Below are positions 8,860 through 17,659 of a stretch of DNA of 26,140 nt, piece by piece. The DNA is from a virus (taxonomy: Duplodnaviria > Caudoviricetes), in IMG/VR virus record IMGVR_UViG_3300022178_000090, positions 1-26,140 of that record; one strand, given 5' to 3'. The position numbers and the translations under genes are program-made. The notes below the pieces were generated by a model. The model searched no databases. It was not told the origin of the DNA and worked only from the letters and a program-made list of their open reading frames with translations. Numbering within the stretch: position 1 is the stretch's first letter; each line of letters starts with the position of its first letter.

Positions 8860-10686
8860 TTACCCCAAGGCGGCGGCATATGAACCACCGCGCAGTTTTG
8901 CATCAGCAACAGCAGACTTGGCGGCGTTAGCAATCTGCGGCATCAAGGTCATTATCTCAGCCCTGACCGTCTGTTGCACGCCCGTTGTGACATTTATGTT
9001 TTGCACAATCGTTGTTCCACCGCCACCACTAGATAGTCGGTTGCTTGGGATGATTGAACCAGACTGGTTAGGCACGAACATCTCAGCGCCACGCTCGCCA
9101 ACCATGTAGGGCTTGCCAGACTGCACAGAACCACCAATGGCTTTACCACCACCGCTAAAGAATCCATCCATAGCGCCAGCAATCGGACCAGTTATGGACT
9201 TCTGAATCATTATGCGAATCAGGTCATTGATGATACTGCTTGCCATTGATCTAAAGGCATCCTTGGCGCTCATAGTACCATTCACCAAACTGACAAGCGC
9301 ATCTTCCATTGACTTCAAGCCACTCAGCGCCACGTTTTGCAAACTTGCTTGCACATTGTCCACACTCTCCGCGTATTGTTGCAAGGGTGACTTTGACGCC
9401 TCAAGAGTTTCTTTAATAATTTCTAGTTCTGCTGGCAATGTGTTTTGCCTCTTGCCGCGTTGAGCAGGGTCATAGAAGCCACCAGTTTGCGCTACCTTCA
9501 AATCATCCAAGGCTTTTTTAGTGTCTTCAATTACCTTCAAACGGTTGCGTGCATTACGCTCGCTACCAGTCATCGCCCCAGCCCAATGAACCTCGGCATC
9601 AATGATTGACTTGTTGTAATTGTCTATCGCCTTTTGCTGATCCTTAGAGACGGTGGCTGTTGGCAATGCTTTGACTGGGGCAGTAATTGCTCTTCTAGGT
9701 GTAAAGCCAGAAATTCCAGCCGCATTTCTTTCAGACTCCAGCAAGATGTTTATCTTTTTTCGAACATCCTCAATTTCTTGGTTTGAATTTGTTAAATCAA
9801 GACCTAAAAACTCTAATATGCTTCTGCCTTTTTTTAGCGTTTCCAGTTCTTTTCTGTAAACTTTTAATGACTCGGTTGCGTCGCTAAAAGCCTCGCGCAA
9901 GGTTATTCCAATGACATCTATTAAGCCTAGGTTTGCCTTGGTTGCCTGCGTTGTCACGTTTATTAAGCGGCTCATCTCTCTTGTAGTTTGTACAAGGAAA
10001 TCATTTAAGCCAGCCTCACCAATCGCCACACTAAGCGTTGAAATTGAGTCGCCGAAATTAGAAAAAGCGCCGCCAATTGTGTTTGCTTGTCGCTCAATCG
10101 AGCCAGCAAACTTTGTCTGCCCAAGTTGCTCAAGATAGGCAAGCATCTCCTGTGAGTTCTTGCCAATGGTTTTTGTAACGCCACCAAAGGTAAGGGAAAC
10201 TTTGTCGCCCTCAGACGCGGCCTTTATACCGAACTCTTTAAGGCGCTCAAACTCACCAACAGCCGCATCAGCCACCGCCTCAATAAACTGGTCTAGGCTC
10301 TTGCCTGTACCAGAAGCAATGTTTCCAAAAGCGGTCAGAGACTCAATGGATGGGTTGATACCCCTAGCAATCAGCTTGTTGAAGCCTCCAACAACTTCCT
10401 CTAAAGCAAAGGGAGTCGTTGCGGCAAACTTCTGTAAGACCTCAAACTGAGCCGCCGCCGCTTCAGCAGAGCCTGTAAACGTAATCAGGCTTGCTTGTAG
10501 GCTTTGGAATGATTTGTTGGCGTTGACGATAGTGCCAACAACAGCGCCGCCGACTATGCCAGCGATTGCACCTTGAACACTAAAAACCGCGTTCTTTAGT
10601 CCACCAAGTGAACCTTTAACGCTCTTGAAAGCATTAGCGGTTTCGTCTTTGGCTCTTAGCCGAATATTAACGTCATTGACCGCCAT
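8860..10686 (-). CDS. Tape measure protein
   Basis: 608 aa, Ala/Gly-rich and helical. FAATTPF.LEEV and GEFERLKEFGI tape-measure motifs, C-terminal GG.V..G.PY.VGERG.E.F.P...G.I.P. Follows the tail assembly chaperones. Confidence 0.92.
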   Translation of the reverse strand: MAVNDVNIRLRAKDETANAFKSVKGSLGGLKNAVFSVQGAIAGIVGGAVVGTIVNANKSFQSLQASLITFTGSAEAAAAQFEVLQKFAATTPFALEEVVGGFNKLIARGINPSIESLTAFGNIASGTGKSLDQFIEAVADAAVGEFERLKEFGIKAASEGDKVSLTFGGVTKTIGKNSQEMLAYLEQLGQTKFAGSIERQANTIGGAFSNFGDSISTLSVAIGEAGLNDFLVQTTREMSRLINVTTQATKANLGLIDVIGITLREAFSDATESLKVYRKELETLKKGRSILEFLGLDLTNSNQEIEDVRKKINILLESERNAAGISGFTPRRAITAPVKALPTATVSKDQQKAIDNYNKSIIDAEVHWAGAMTGSERNARNRLKVIEDTKKALDDLKVAQTGGFYDPAQRGKRQNTLPAELEIIKETLEASKSPLQQYAESVDNVQASLQNVALSGLKSMEDALVSLVNGTMSAKDAFRSMASSIINDLIRIMIQKSITGPIAGAMDGFFSGGGKAIGGSVQSGKPYMVGERGAEMFVPNQSGSIIPSNRLSSGGGGTTIVQNINVTTGVQQTVRAEIMTLMPQIANAAKSAVADAKLRGGSYAAALG

Positions 10687-10831
10687 GTTTTTCTTCTTTC
10701 AATTCAAAGTAGGCAATCCATTCGTGCAACTCGGTCAGAGATATTTCTTCAATCTCCTCAATCGTCTTGTGCAAACGGTCTGCAAGCGCAATCAAGTTGA
10801 GCCGCAATCCGTCTGCCTTCAGTCGTTTCCC
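10673..10831 (-). CDS. -1 frameshift extension of tail assembly chaperone (gpT-like part of G-T fusion)
   Basis: Slippery heptamer G GGA AAC (minus strand, 10825-10831) one codon before the chaperone stop. The -1 frame reads RLKADGLRLNLIALADRLHKTIEEIEEISLTELHEWIAYFELKEEKHGGQ* to 10673, has no ATG of its own and overlaps the TMP start. Confidence 0.85.
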   Translation of the reverse strand, partial: GKRLKADGLRLNLIALADRLHKTIEEIEEISLTELHEWIAYFELKEEKHGGQ

Positions 10832-11160
10832 AGTTGCTCTATCGATTCAACGGTTGCGAACATTTGCCCAGAGATGTTGGAGATGAGCGTAACTGGCTCC
10901 CGCATCAAAAAAGGCTTGTCTTCCAACGTAAACAGCTTTTCGCCGTCTTTGTCTTCAGCTTTCATAATGAGCAAATCAACCATTGCCGCAACGGTTGGGT
11001 TGCTCATAAAGTCCTTATGCTTGCGTTGCAATTTGTCAACGTCAGCACAGGTAAGCGAACCCGTATAAATGGCTAGTGGAGCATCATCACCCCACTCAGC
11101 CACTTCAATCATACTGCGGTTGCTTTGCCGCTTGGCGGCGATTCGTGCGCCTAAACTCAT
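10819..11160 (-). CDS. Tail assembly chaperone (gpG-like)
   Basis: 113 aa between the major tail and TMP genes. V.EW motif, TGATG coupling to the tail tube gene, slippery site at the 3' end. Confidence 0.85.
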   Translation of the reverse strand: MSLGARIAAKRQSNRSMIEVAEWGDDAPLAIYTGSLTCADVDKLQRKHKDFMSNPTVAAMVDLLIMKAEDKDGEKLFTLEDKPFLMREPVTLISNISGQMFATVESIEQLGND

Positions 11161-11549
11161 CAGACGGTCGTGGTAGTCAATGCGCCGTTACCTTGAACGG
11201 TAATCGATGCCTCAACCATTCCATCAAAAGATGAATTGACTGTGCTACCAGTAACGATTGCAGAACCCGTGTAGTAGTAAGCGCCAGCGCCGTCACCCTC
11301 TGGGTAAGCGTTTAGCGTAACTTCTGCACCAACAGCTAAAGCCAGTTGACCAGCGGTGTCTGTTTCGTCCCAGTACACTTCAACCGAGCCACTCCAAGAG
11401 GTTAGGCTGGGCTTGTAAGTGCGTGCGGAGTCACCCATCGTGGTGTCTTCCACGGTGTCGCCAGTTTGTGAAATTGAGAATGAACGAATTTCAGCGACGG
11501 CATCTGAGCCGACTTTGATAGTTCCTTCTGAGCCTTTATGTGTAGCCAT
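11160..11549 (-). CDS. Major tail (tube) protein
   Basis: 129 aa, Thr/Ser/Gly-rich beta protein (EDTTMGD..RTY...L..WSGS; S.DG.VEASI..QG.GAL), positioned before the chaperones. Confidence 0.85.
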   Translation of the reverse strand: MATHKGSEGTIKVGSDAVAEIRSFSISQTGDTVEDTTMGDSARTYKPSLTSWSGSVEVYWDETDTAGQLALAVGAEVTLNAYPEGDGAGAYYYTGSAIVTGSTVNSSFDGMVEASITVQGNGALTTTTV

Positions 11550-11574
11550 GATATTGCCTTTCGGTTATCGGAAC

Positions 11575-12009
11575 TTATACAGTCCCACGGGTGAAATTAT
11601 ACTGAACTCTTGCGGTTACGATAACCCCTCCAATCGGGTCAATTGAGCCTTCGTCGGTCTCTACTGAAATGATTTGAGTGTCAAGCGCATAGCCCCCGCG
11701 AGTTCGGTCTACGTCTAGCGCGTTCTCCATCGCTTCAACCAGTTGATTGCGTGCGGTGTCCAATGAGGTAGCCTTGACGTAACCAATCATTTGGTAGTCA
11801 ATGCTTCCCTCGCGTAATATGTCTGAGCCGCCTATCGTGGCATCTTCCCGTGTCTCAGTAGAGGACTGAACCAAAATGGCTGGGAATTGAGCGTTGGATA
11901 GCTTCGTGAAATCAAACGGCTCGCGGGTGATGTACTTGGCTTGGACAGGCGTAGTCATAGCCGTCAGCGTAGCTACGATGTTTGCGGCAATGGACTCTCG
12001 CTTGCTCAT
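11575..12009 (-). CDS. Tail terminator / tail completion protein
   Basis: 144 aa upstream of the tail tube gene. MS.RE.I...I...L and FPAI.V pattern. Confidence 0.7.
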   Translation of the reverse strand: MSKRESIAANIVATLTAMTTPVQAKYITREPFDFTKLSNAQFPAILVQSSTETREDATIGGSDILREGSIDYQMIGYVKATSLDTARNQLVEAMENALDVDRTRGGYALDTQIISVETDEGSIDPIGGVIVTARVQYNFTRGTV

Positions 12010-12467
12010 AATTTAAACCTGTTTGCAAAGAAATTCCGCAATTTGTTTTGCTCTGATACGTTAAAGCCAAAGAAAGGTCTGGTTTTATTGTTAAACGCCG
12101 CCTTCTTCGCCTCTGTTGACCTTGTAAAGTAAATCCTAGCCACGCCAGTTTTTACCTTCTTGCTTGCCATTGCACCCAACATTTCGCCGCGCAACATTAA
12201 GTTAACGGGGCTGGTGGGTGCGCCACCAAAGCCTCTGGTTCTATTGGTTGATGACCAGCCCTGACCCTTGCGCTTAACGTACTCGGGCGTGTAGGGCTTG
12301 AATTTACCTTCGTAGCCGACACCTCTTTCGGTTCGGTCTAAGATCAAATTTGTACCAAACTGAGAGGTTTGAATCAATGCTTTGTCCACAGCCGCTGGCA
12401 TTTCCCTCAATAGCTTGTCGAGTCTTCTGTCTAATTTTTTAGCATCAAACTCTATACTTGTTCTCAT
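12006..12467 (-). CDS. Neck / virion morphogenesis protein
   Basis: 153 aa, basic. F.PY...Y..RK, VNL...G.ML and C-terminal RPFFG motif; position in the head-tail joining block. Confidence 0.7.
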   Translation of the reverse strand: MRTSIEFDAKKLDRRLDKLLREMPAAVDKALIQTSQFGTNLILDRTERGVGYEGKFKPYTPEYVKRKGQGWSSTNRTRGFGGAPTSPVNLMLRGEMLGAMASKKVKTGVARIYFTRSTEAKKAAFNNKTRPFFGFNVSEQNKLRNFFANRFKL

Positions 12468-12877
12468 CGGATTAAACGCCCGTGGTTAAGTGGTCGCTTT
12501 TCCTCATCTGTCACAACAGAGTCATCGTTGGCATCGTACTCAACGCCATCCTGCAACACGCTCTCAAGTTCCTCAGAATATCGGCTCTTGTAGAACTCAA
12601 TCATGTTTTGGAAACGGTCGCCATCAACCCAGTTTGTGAGTTTAGGCAATGCGTACTTCCACAGCACCAGATAAGACGCTGTTTTAGTCCATTGGGAATC
12701 GGTCAACAGGGTTGCGTCCATCTCAGACGTTAATTGCAGTTTGGGATACCACTTTGCCCGAATGACGCGCTCAATGTCGGCTTGCGCCAATGCGTGCTCA
12801 TCAGCGAATGAGGCAATGCCAAAGTCCAAGATGTCAGGGACTATCGCTTGCAAGTCTGTGTCTGTGCTAAACGCCAT
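12464..12877 (-). CDS. Head-tail adaptor / connector
   Basis: 137 aa, first gene after the major capsid gene, GAGG RBS. Function inferred from position. Confidence 0.65.
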   Translation of the reverse strand: MAFSTDTDLQAIVPDILDFGIASFADEHALAQADIERVIRAKWYPKLQLTSEMDATLLTDSQWTKTASYLVLWKYALPKLTNWVDGDRFQNMIEFYKSRYSEELESVLQDGVEYDANDDSVVTDEEKRPLNHGRLIR

Positions 12878-12892
12878 TTTTAATCCTCAGTT

Positions 12893-12926
12893 AAAAGATG
12901 CCCCCACACCACTATGATGCAGGGGC
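12893..12926 (-). terminator. Intrinsic terminator/attenuator after major capsid gene
   Basis: Minus strand GCCCCTGCATCA-TAG-TGGTGTGGGGGC hairpin (with G-U pairs) followed by ATCTTTT, about 10 nt after the capsid stop. Confidence 0.65.
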
Positions 12927-12936
12927 TTCCTCTTAC

Positions 12937-13770
12937 TTACAGACCAGCGTCGTAGTACATTTCCACGCCGTAGGAGTCATCCAACTCACCGACACCGTAG
13001 ATGGCGGTTGCGTTCAACTCAAATGCGCGGTTAGAAGCATCACGCTGTGGCTCGATGTTGAAGTCGCGCTTCATAGCCAAGGCAAATGCCTCTGGTGAGA
13101 AGACAGCGCCCTTGGCATCGCCTGAGCCGTCGATGGTCACGTTGGCAGACTCGAAAATGTCGATACCAGCAATGGTAGCAACATAACCAGTACGCATCGC
13201 TTCGTTTTGCAGATCGCCGCCGTTAGGGTTGACCATTGTGTTGGTCAGGTTAGCCTTCAGGGCGTATGTCTGGTAGGGGTGGAACACACCAACGATGCGA
13301 CCCATTACCTTATTGGCACGCAGGGTAGCGGCGGCTTGGAACAAAGCGGCAACCGTCAACTCGGTAGTCGTTGCACCTTGTGAGGCGCTCAAACCGTCGA
13401 ACAGAGCGATTAGGTCTTTGTCCATCTTGGTAGCGATAGCGTTACCCAACACCGTGCCGAGTTCGTCAGCAGGGTTGCCAGCGCCCATTGCGGCAAGGTC
13501 AGTCAACAACACTTGTGCGCCAACTTCACCAACCGTGATGGACACGCTAGAAGTTGAAACAGTCGTTGAAGACATATCCGTGCCTTCGGTCAGCGCGGCG
13601 GCTGTGATGGCTGGGTACTTGGGGACTTGCACAGTCTTGCCAGCTTGACCATCGATGTTGTACATCGTGACAAGGTTACGCATCAAAGATTGCTCTTCAG
13701 CGGTAAAACGTGCTTGGGCGACGATTGCAACAAACAGATCGTCTAAGGTACTTGAGGTGGTAGCGGCCAT
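12937..13770 (-). CDS. Major capsid protein
   Basis: 277 aa after the scaffold. GKTVQVPKY...A..LTEG.D and C-terminal YGVGEL.D..GV resemble HK97-fold capsids. GGAG RBS, followed by a terminator. Confidence 0.9.
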   Translation of the reverse strand: MAATTSSTLDDLFVAIVAQARFTAEEQSLMRNLVTMYNIDGQAGKTVQVPKYPAITAAALTEGTDMSSTTVSTSSVSITVGEVGAQVLLTDLAAMGAGNPADELGTVLGNAIATKMDKDLIALFDGLSASQGATTTELTVAALFQAAATLRANKVMGRIVGVFHPYQTYALKANLTNTMVNPNGGDLQNEAMRTGYVATIAGIDIFESANVTIDGSGDAKGAVFSPEAFALAMKRDFNIEPQRDASNRAFELNATAIYGVGELDDSYGVEMYYDAGL

Positions 13771-13799
13771 GATTTAACTCCAGAAAAAAAGAAAGTGGT

Positions 13800-14465
13800 T
13801 TATTTGCGCTTTTTACTGGCGGCAAAGGCTTCACGCCCACCGTTTTCCCAGTTACTTAGCATATCAGCCACAGAACTTGGCTTCTGTGTCGAGCCTCCAG
13901 CGTTCCCACTTGAGCCTGAACCACCTGCGGAGGCTCTGACAAAATGAGGGTTTGCCGTTAGAAATTCTTCCATCAGTTCATTGACTGATAGCAGATCACC
14001 GTTGTCATTGTAGCGAATACTGCCAGACTTATCAAGAATTTCCACTTGACCGTCATCGCTCAATCTTGTATTGCCTTTTAACAAGGCCGATACCTGCTCT
14101 GGTGAAACTGCGTTTTTGGTAGATGCGGCATTAAGTAACGCCCCGTCCACCTGAATCTGGTGCAACTTGCTTGTCAGCGATTGAATGGTCATGTCTTTTT
14201 TCTCGACAGTCTTTTTCAATACGTTTTCAAACTCGCCACGCTCCTTCTGACGTTCTAACTCGGCTTGCTCACGTTCTGCTAAAACGCGCTTGGCTTCGTC
14301 AATGTCTACGCCATCGGTCATCTTCTCGAACCGCTTACGCTCTCGCGCTAAACGTTGCTCAAGAATCTTATCGACATCTGCTTGCGTAAATGTCTTACTT
14401 ACCCCACCGCTTTGGTCGCCCTCTGCTGGTGTATTTACTTCATCATCCATGATTTCATCGCTCAT
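13800..14465 (-). CDS. Capsid scaffolding protein
   Basis: 221 aa. Acidic N-terminus, KTFTQ.DVD.I...RL.RE, coiled coil, NPHF and GSGS tail; directly before the MCP. Confidence 0.85.
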   Translation of the reverse strand: MSDEIMDDEVNTPAEGDQSGGVSKTFTQADVDKILEQRLARERKRFEKMTDGVDIDEAKRVLAEREQAELERQKERGEFENVLKKTVEKKDMTIQSLTSKLHQIQVDGALLNAASTKNAVSPEQVSALLKGNTRLSDDGQVEILDKSGSIRYNDNGDLLSVNELMEEFLTANPHFVRASAGGSGSSGNAGGSTQKPSSVADMLSNWENGGREAFAASKKRK

Positions 14466-14517
14466 GTGCGTATCCTCTTTCGAGTGGTTAAAAACAGTTG
14501 AAATATATCACAACTTA

Positions 14518-14697
14518 CTAAGTTGAAACACCATCTGGAACTTCTTGCTCCACATAAGGGACTTCAGCGGCAATCGCCTCAAGAATCAAATCCTCAATAT
14601 CGCCAGAGATTGCGTAGTTGATACCAGTAACAATTGGCTCTACGCCAAATTTATCAATGTGCATCTGAATAATGTCTTGATATTCAAGAACCTTCAT
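14518..14697 (-). CDS. 59-aa acidic protein, candidate immunity partner of MuF-metallopeptidase
   Basis: Manual translation MKVLEYQDIIQMHIDKFGVEPIVTGINYAISGDIEDLILEAIAAEVPYVEQEVPDGVST. AAGGAG SD upstream, overlaps the MuF 3' end by 14 nt. Just below the ORF-track length cut-off. Confidence 0.8.
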   Translation of the reverse strand: MKVLEYQDIIQMHIDKFGVEPIVTGINYAISGDIEDLILEAIAAEVPYVEQEVPDGVST

Positions 14698-16300
14698 CTA
14701 AATACTCCTTAGTTATTTCATCAAGCCTTTTTGCCATGTTGGGCATCCTTTTTTGCACAAGTTCCCAATACTTTGTATTCCTCAATGCAAAGAGGTTGGC
14801 AAAAGCCTCTTGTTGGCGAGTGCCCTTCCGTTTGAAATAGGTTACGCCGTGACCAAAGCCACCAAACATTTTTTGCATCTTGCCGTGGCTTAATGCGTCA
14901 ACAATGTCAGAGTAGTTGCCAAGTTCGTCGTTCTTTAATACCTTTTTTTGCCTCGTACCAAAAGCAGTTTTTACTTCTTCAAAATCATAAATCTCGGCTT
15001 GAAGCGACTTAATCGAATCCTCAAACATTGCTGTTTTATGCAGATTCAAACCTTTTCTGTCTAGTTCATAAGCCTCAATAAAAGCCTTGTCGGTAGCTGA
15101 CACACCAAAAAAACCAGCATTGCCAACTTTGCGCCCTATTTCAAAGTCAACGTGGTGTCCATACTCATGCCTAACGATTGCACCATTTTCCTTTAATGGT
15201 TGAGCGACCAGCTTTCTTCTTGCCGCCTGATAGTAGCCTCTTTGACTTTCAATGGCATATTCTTCAATAGGCGGCAACTTATTGACAAGCCTTATTTGGT
15301 CGTCAGAAAGTGCGTTCATTGAAGTGGCAAAATCGCCAATTTGGCTTGATGATTGCAGGTTGGCAGGAATTTGATATAGGGGTTTACCCTGAGTTGTGTC
15401 TTCTACAACAGGCGGCGAATCCTCTAACTCGGTAAACACAGGTCGCCAATGATGACGGCAGTTGTATCCACCTCGGACAATGAACGGGTCTCCTGATGCC
15501 TTACCAGCCCAGTTTTGCGTCCACAGTTCTCTGATTTCTTCCTCTGTGTAAACTTTTCCAGAGTGCTGTCTGCACCAGTCGCGGGTATCGTTTATGTTGG
15601 AACCGTAGTACTTCCAAGCGTCTGCACCTGAGTCAAAGCCTGTCTTTGTGACCACAGAAGCGTCAAACTGCATCAGCGAGTCATGCACCATCTGGCTTGA
15701 ATAGCGGCGCATATTGTTACCCAGCTTATCAGCGGCATAAATGCTGTGTAGTTGCTTGATGGCTTCCTCTGCGGCGGCTCCACCTGCGTTGGCAATGTTT
15801 ACCAGCCGCTGGATTTCCACTTGGTCTGACTGGGCATATACGCCATTGATCTTCTGTCTAATAGCCTTCACCGATTCAGCCGCGCTACGTCCAGAGATGG
15901 TGTTTTGATAGACCTCGGTAGCTATTTCGTTGAGGAATGTCCCAGCAATATCTTGAAACCCTTGGAAAGACTGACTCTTTAACGCCCTAATAACATCATC
16001 GCTCACCCCAACAAAGTCGCCATACTGGTTGAGCATAGTCCCAGCGGAAGTGGCGGCTTGGGTGTACTCGTTAACAATCCTGCTTGACTCTGTAAGGTAT
16101 TCGCTTTGTATTGCCGCTGAGATGTCTTTGCGTGCCGCTACCGCCCACTCAAGGTCAAACAAAGCACCCTGCTTTAAAGGCGCTTGACCAATCAACTCTG
16201 CCAGTTTGTCTTCTAAGGATGACAATGCGCCGACAATGCGCCTATCATGCGCCTCGCCTAGTTGCTCAATAAACCTAGCGTGGTCGGAATCTGATGCCAT
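14684..16300 (-). CDS. Minor head morphogenesis protein (MuF/SPP1 gp7-like) with C-terminal zincin metallopeptidase domain
   Basis: 538 aa after the portal. Y.G....TR.WC and GGYNCRH.W.P minor-capsid motifs end near aa 290, then a Pro/acidic linker, HEYGH (aa 378-382; nt 15155-15169) and distal EAFA (aa 498). Confidence 0.85.
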   Translation of the reverse strand: MASDSDHARFIEQLGEAHDRRIVGALSSLEDKLAELIGQAPLKQGALFDLEWAVAARKDISAAIQSEYLTESSRIVNEYTQAATSAGTMLNQYGDFVGVSDDVIRALKSQSFQGFQDIAGTFLNEIATEVYQNTISGRSAAESVKAIRQKINGVYAQSDQVEIQRLVNIANAGGAAAEEAIKQLHSIYAADKLGNNMRRYSSQMVHDSLMQFDASVVTKTGFDSGADAWKYYGSNINDTRDWCRQHSGKVYTEEEIRELWTQNWAGKASGDPFIVRGGYNCRHHWRPVFTELEDSPPVVEDTTQGKPLYQIPANLQSSSQIGDFATSMNALSDDQIRLVNKLPPIEEYAIESQRGYYQAARRKLVAQPLKENGAIVRHEYGHHVDFEIGRKVGNAGFFGVSATDKAFIEAYELDRKGLNLHKTAMFEDSIKSLQAEIYDFEEVKTAFGTRQKKVLKNDELGNYSDIVDALSHGKMQKMFGGFGHGVTYFKRKGTRQQEAFANLFALRNTKYWELVQKRMPNMAKRLDEITKEYLDEGS

Positions 16301-17659
16301 TTAGAATTGACCGATTACCTGCGTATTCTGCTCAATCTCTGCATATGCGCGGGTTAACTCCTCATCATCCAGCACCAAGTCGGCAATACGCTTGTCCACT
16401 TCTTGCTGGAACGTGCGAGAGTTTACGCCAGATGCCTTTGCGCCCTGTAAGAATTGCAGTTCGTTTGGATAGTCGCGCACATCAAATGAATCTGGGTAGA
16501 ACACTTGAACGTCTGGGGTCGCATCCTGCCAAATGGCAAACAACGCCCAAACCTGCTCTTCTGCCAACTCCAAGATGTCTGCCTTTTCTGACAAACGTGC
16601 GTTAAGCATCTGGAACTCGGTCTGTAAGGCAATGCCTGACTTGGTTTGCTCCTGAGTCCCACGAATGGCGCTCATGTGAGCCATACGGTTGATGGCCTCC
16701 ACCTTATCGCCAATAGCCGCCCTTACTGCGTCCAAGTTTCCACCGTTGGGCTGGATTTGGTAAGGTTTGAGGTTGGCGTCCAAGTCATCAGGCATATTGA
16801 TGATTGAGCCAGCCCCAGCAGTAGCGTCTGTGTCAAATGTCTTAACCAAAGTCGGGTGATTACTGATGCGGATAAGTTGCTCAATCTCGCTTAGTTCCTC
16901 ATAGATAGCCTTCTGCATTGAGGCAATGTCTGTGAGGTCGCTAATGCCAATGCCACGCTTAATCGAGCGTTGCGCTGGAACGTGTACAGCAGGGATTACA
17001 CCAATCGGGTTGTCCATCTCCTCAACCAGTCGCTCTTGCTCATTAGTGACTTCGTATAGCTTGATGGTTTCTTTTGTCCACACCCTAAAGGTTTGCTTAA
17101 CGTCTGTCGCTGTGTCTCGCACAATAGACTCACGCACCTTGAGATACGATAGCTGAAACCTACCAGACGGCAGTCTTTCATAGCGCCAATCAAAGACGTT
17201 CTCAGGCGTGAAAAGGTTTATGTATGGTCGGATGCCTTGTGATAACTCATCTGCTCGCGTACCAGCCACAGACTTTGGCTTGTCTATCATCAGCCAAACG
17301 TGACCATACACAGAAGACCAGATTTGCGCCTCACGCATAAATGAGTCAAATGAGCGACCGTCTAAGTCAGCATCTTTTAAGAACCACTCAAGGGACTGGT
17401 TGTTTTCTAGTGAACCAAACTCACGCTTTGGCGGTACACGCCACAGGTAGCTGGAGTAGATGTGGACAATGTTGCGGCAATGGTTGTCAATCGGTGTCAG
17501 CAACAAGCGACGGTTGTATTCGTCTTTGTCTTCGTTTATGTAACGGGTTAAAAAGTTCCCGCCCTGATAATCCTCGCCGCCGAGGTAGCTACGCAAGTAA
17601 AATTCCCAGCGATTTTGATTGTCATCATAGTCAGGGTGCTTGTCTGTAAATTTACTCAT
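16301..17659 (-). CDS. Portal protein
   Basis: 452 aa directly after terL. H..Y....W.....Y.GG, DADLDG, RPY and SGIAL..EF motifs of phage portals. Confidence 0.9.
   Translation of the reverse strand: MSKFTDKHPDYDDNQNRWEFYLRSYLGGEDYQGGNFLTRYINEDKDEYNRRLLLTPIDNHCRNIVHIYSSYLWRVPPKREFGSLENNQSLEWFLKDADLDGRSFDSFMREAQIWSSVYGHVWLMIDKPKSVAGTRADELSQGIRPYINLFTPENVFDWRYERLPSGRFQLSYLKVRESIVRDTATDVKQTFRVWTKETIKLYEVTNEQERLVEEMDNPIGVIPAVHVPAQRSIKRGIGISDLTDIASMQKAIYEELSEIEQLIRISNHPTLVKTFDTDATAGAGSIINMPDDLDANLKPYQIQPNGGNLDAVRAAIGDKVEAINRMAHMSAIRGTQEQTKSGIALQTEFQMLNARLSEKADILELAEEQVWALFAIWQDATPDVQVFYPDSFDVRDYPNELQFLQGAKASGVNSRTFQQEVDKRIADLVLDDEELTRAYAEIEQNTQVIGQF

Noticed and set aside
10625-11068. Plus-strand ORFs over the chaperone/TMP junction
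   Set aside because: Shadow ORFs; the region is fully explained by the G/GT frameshift on the minus strand.
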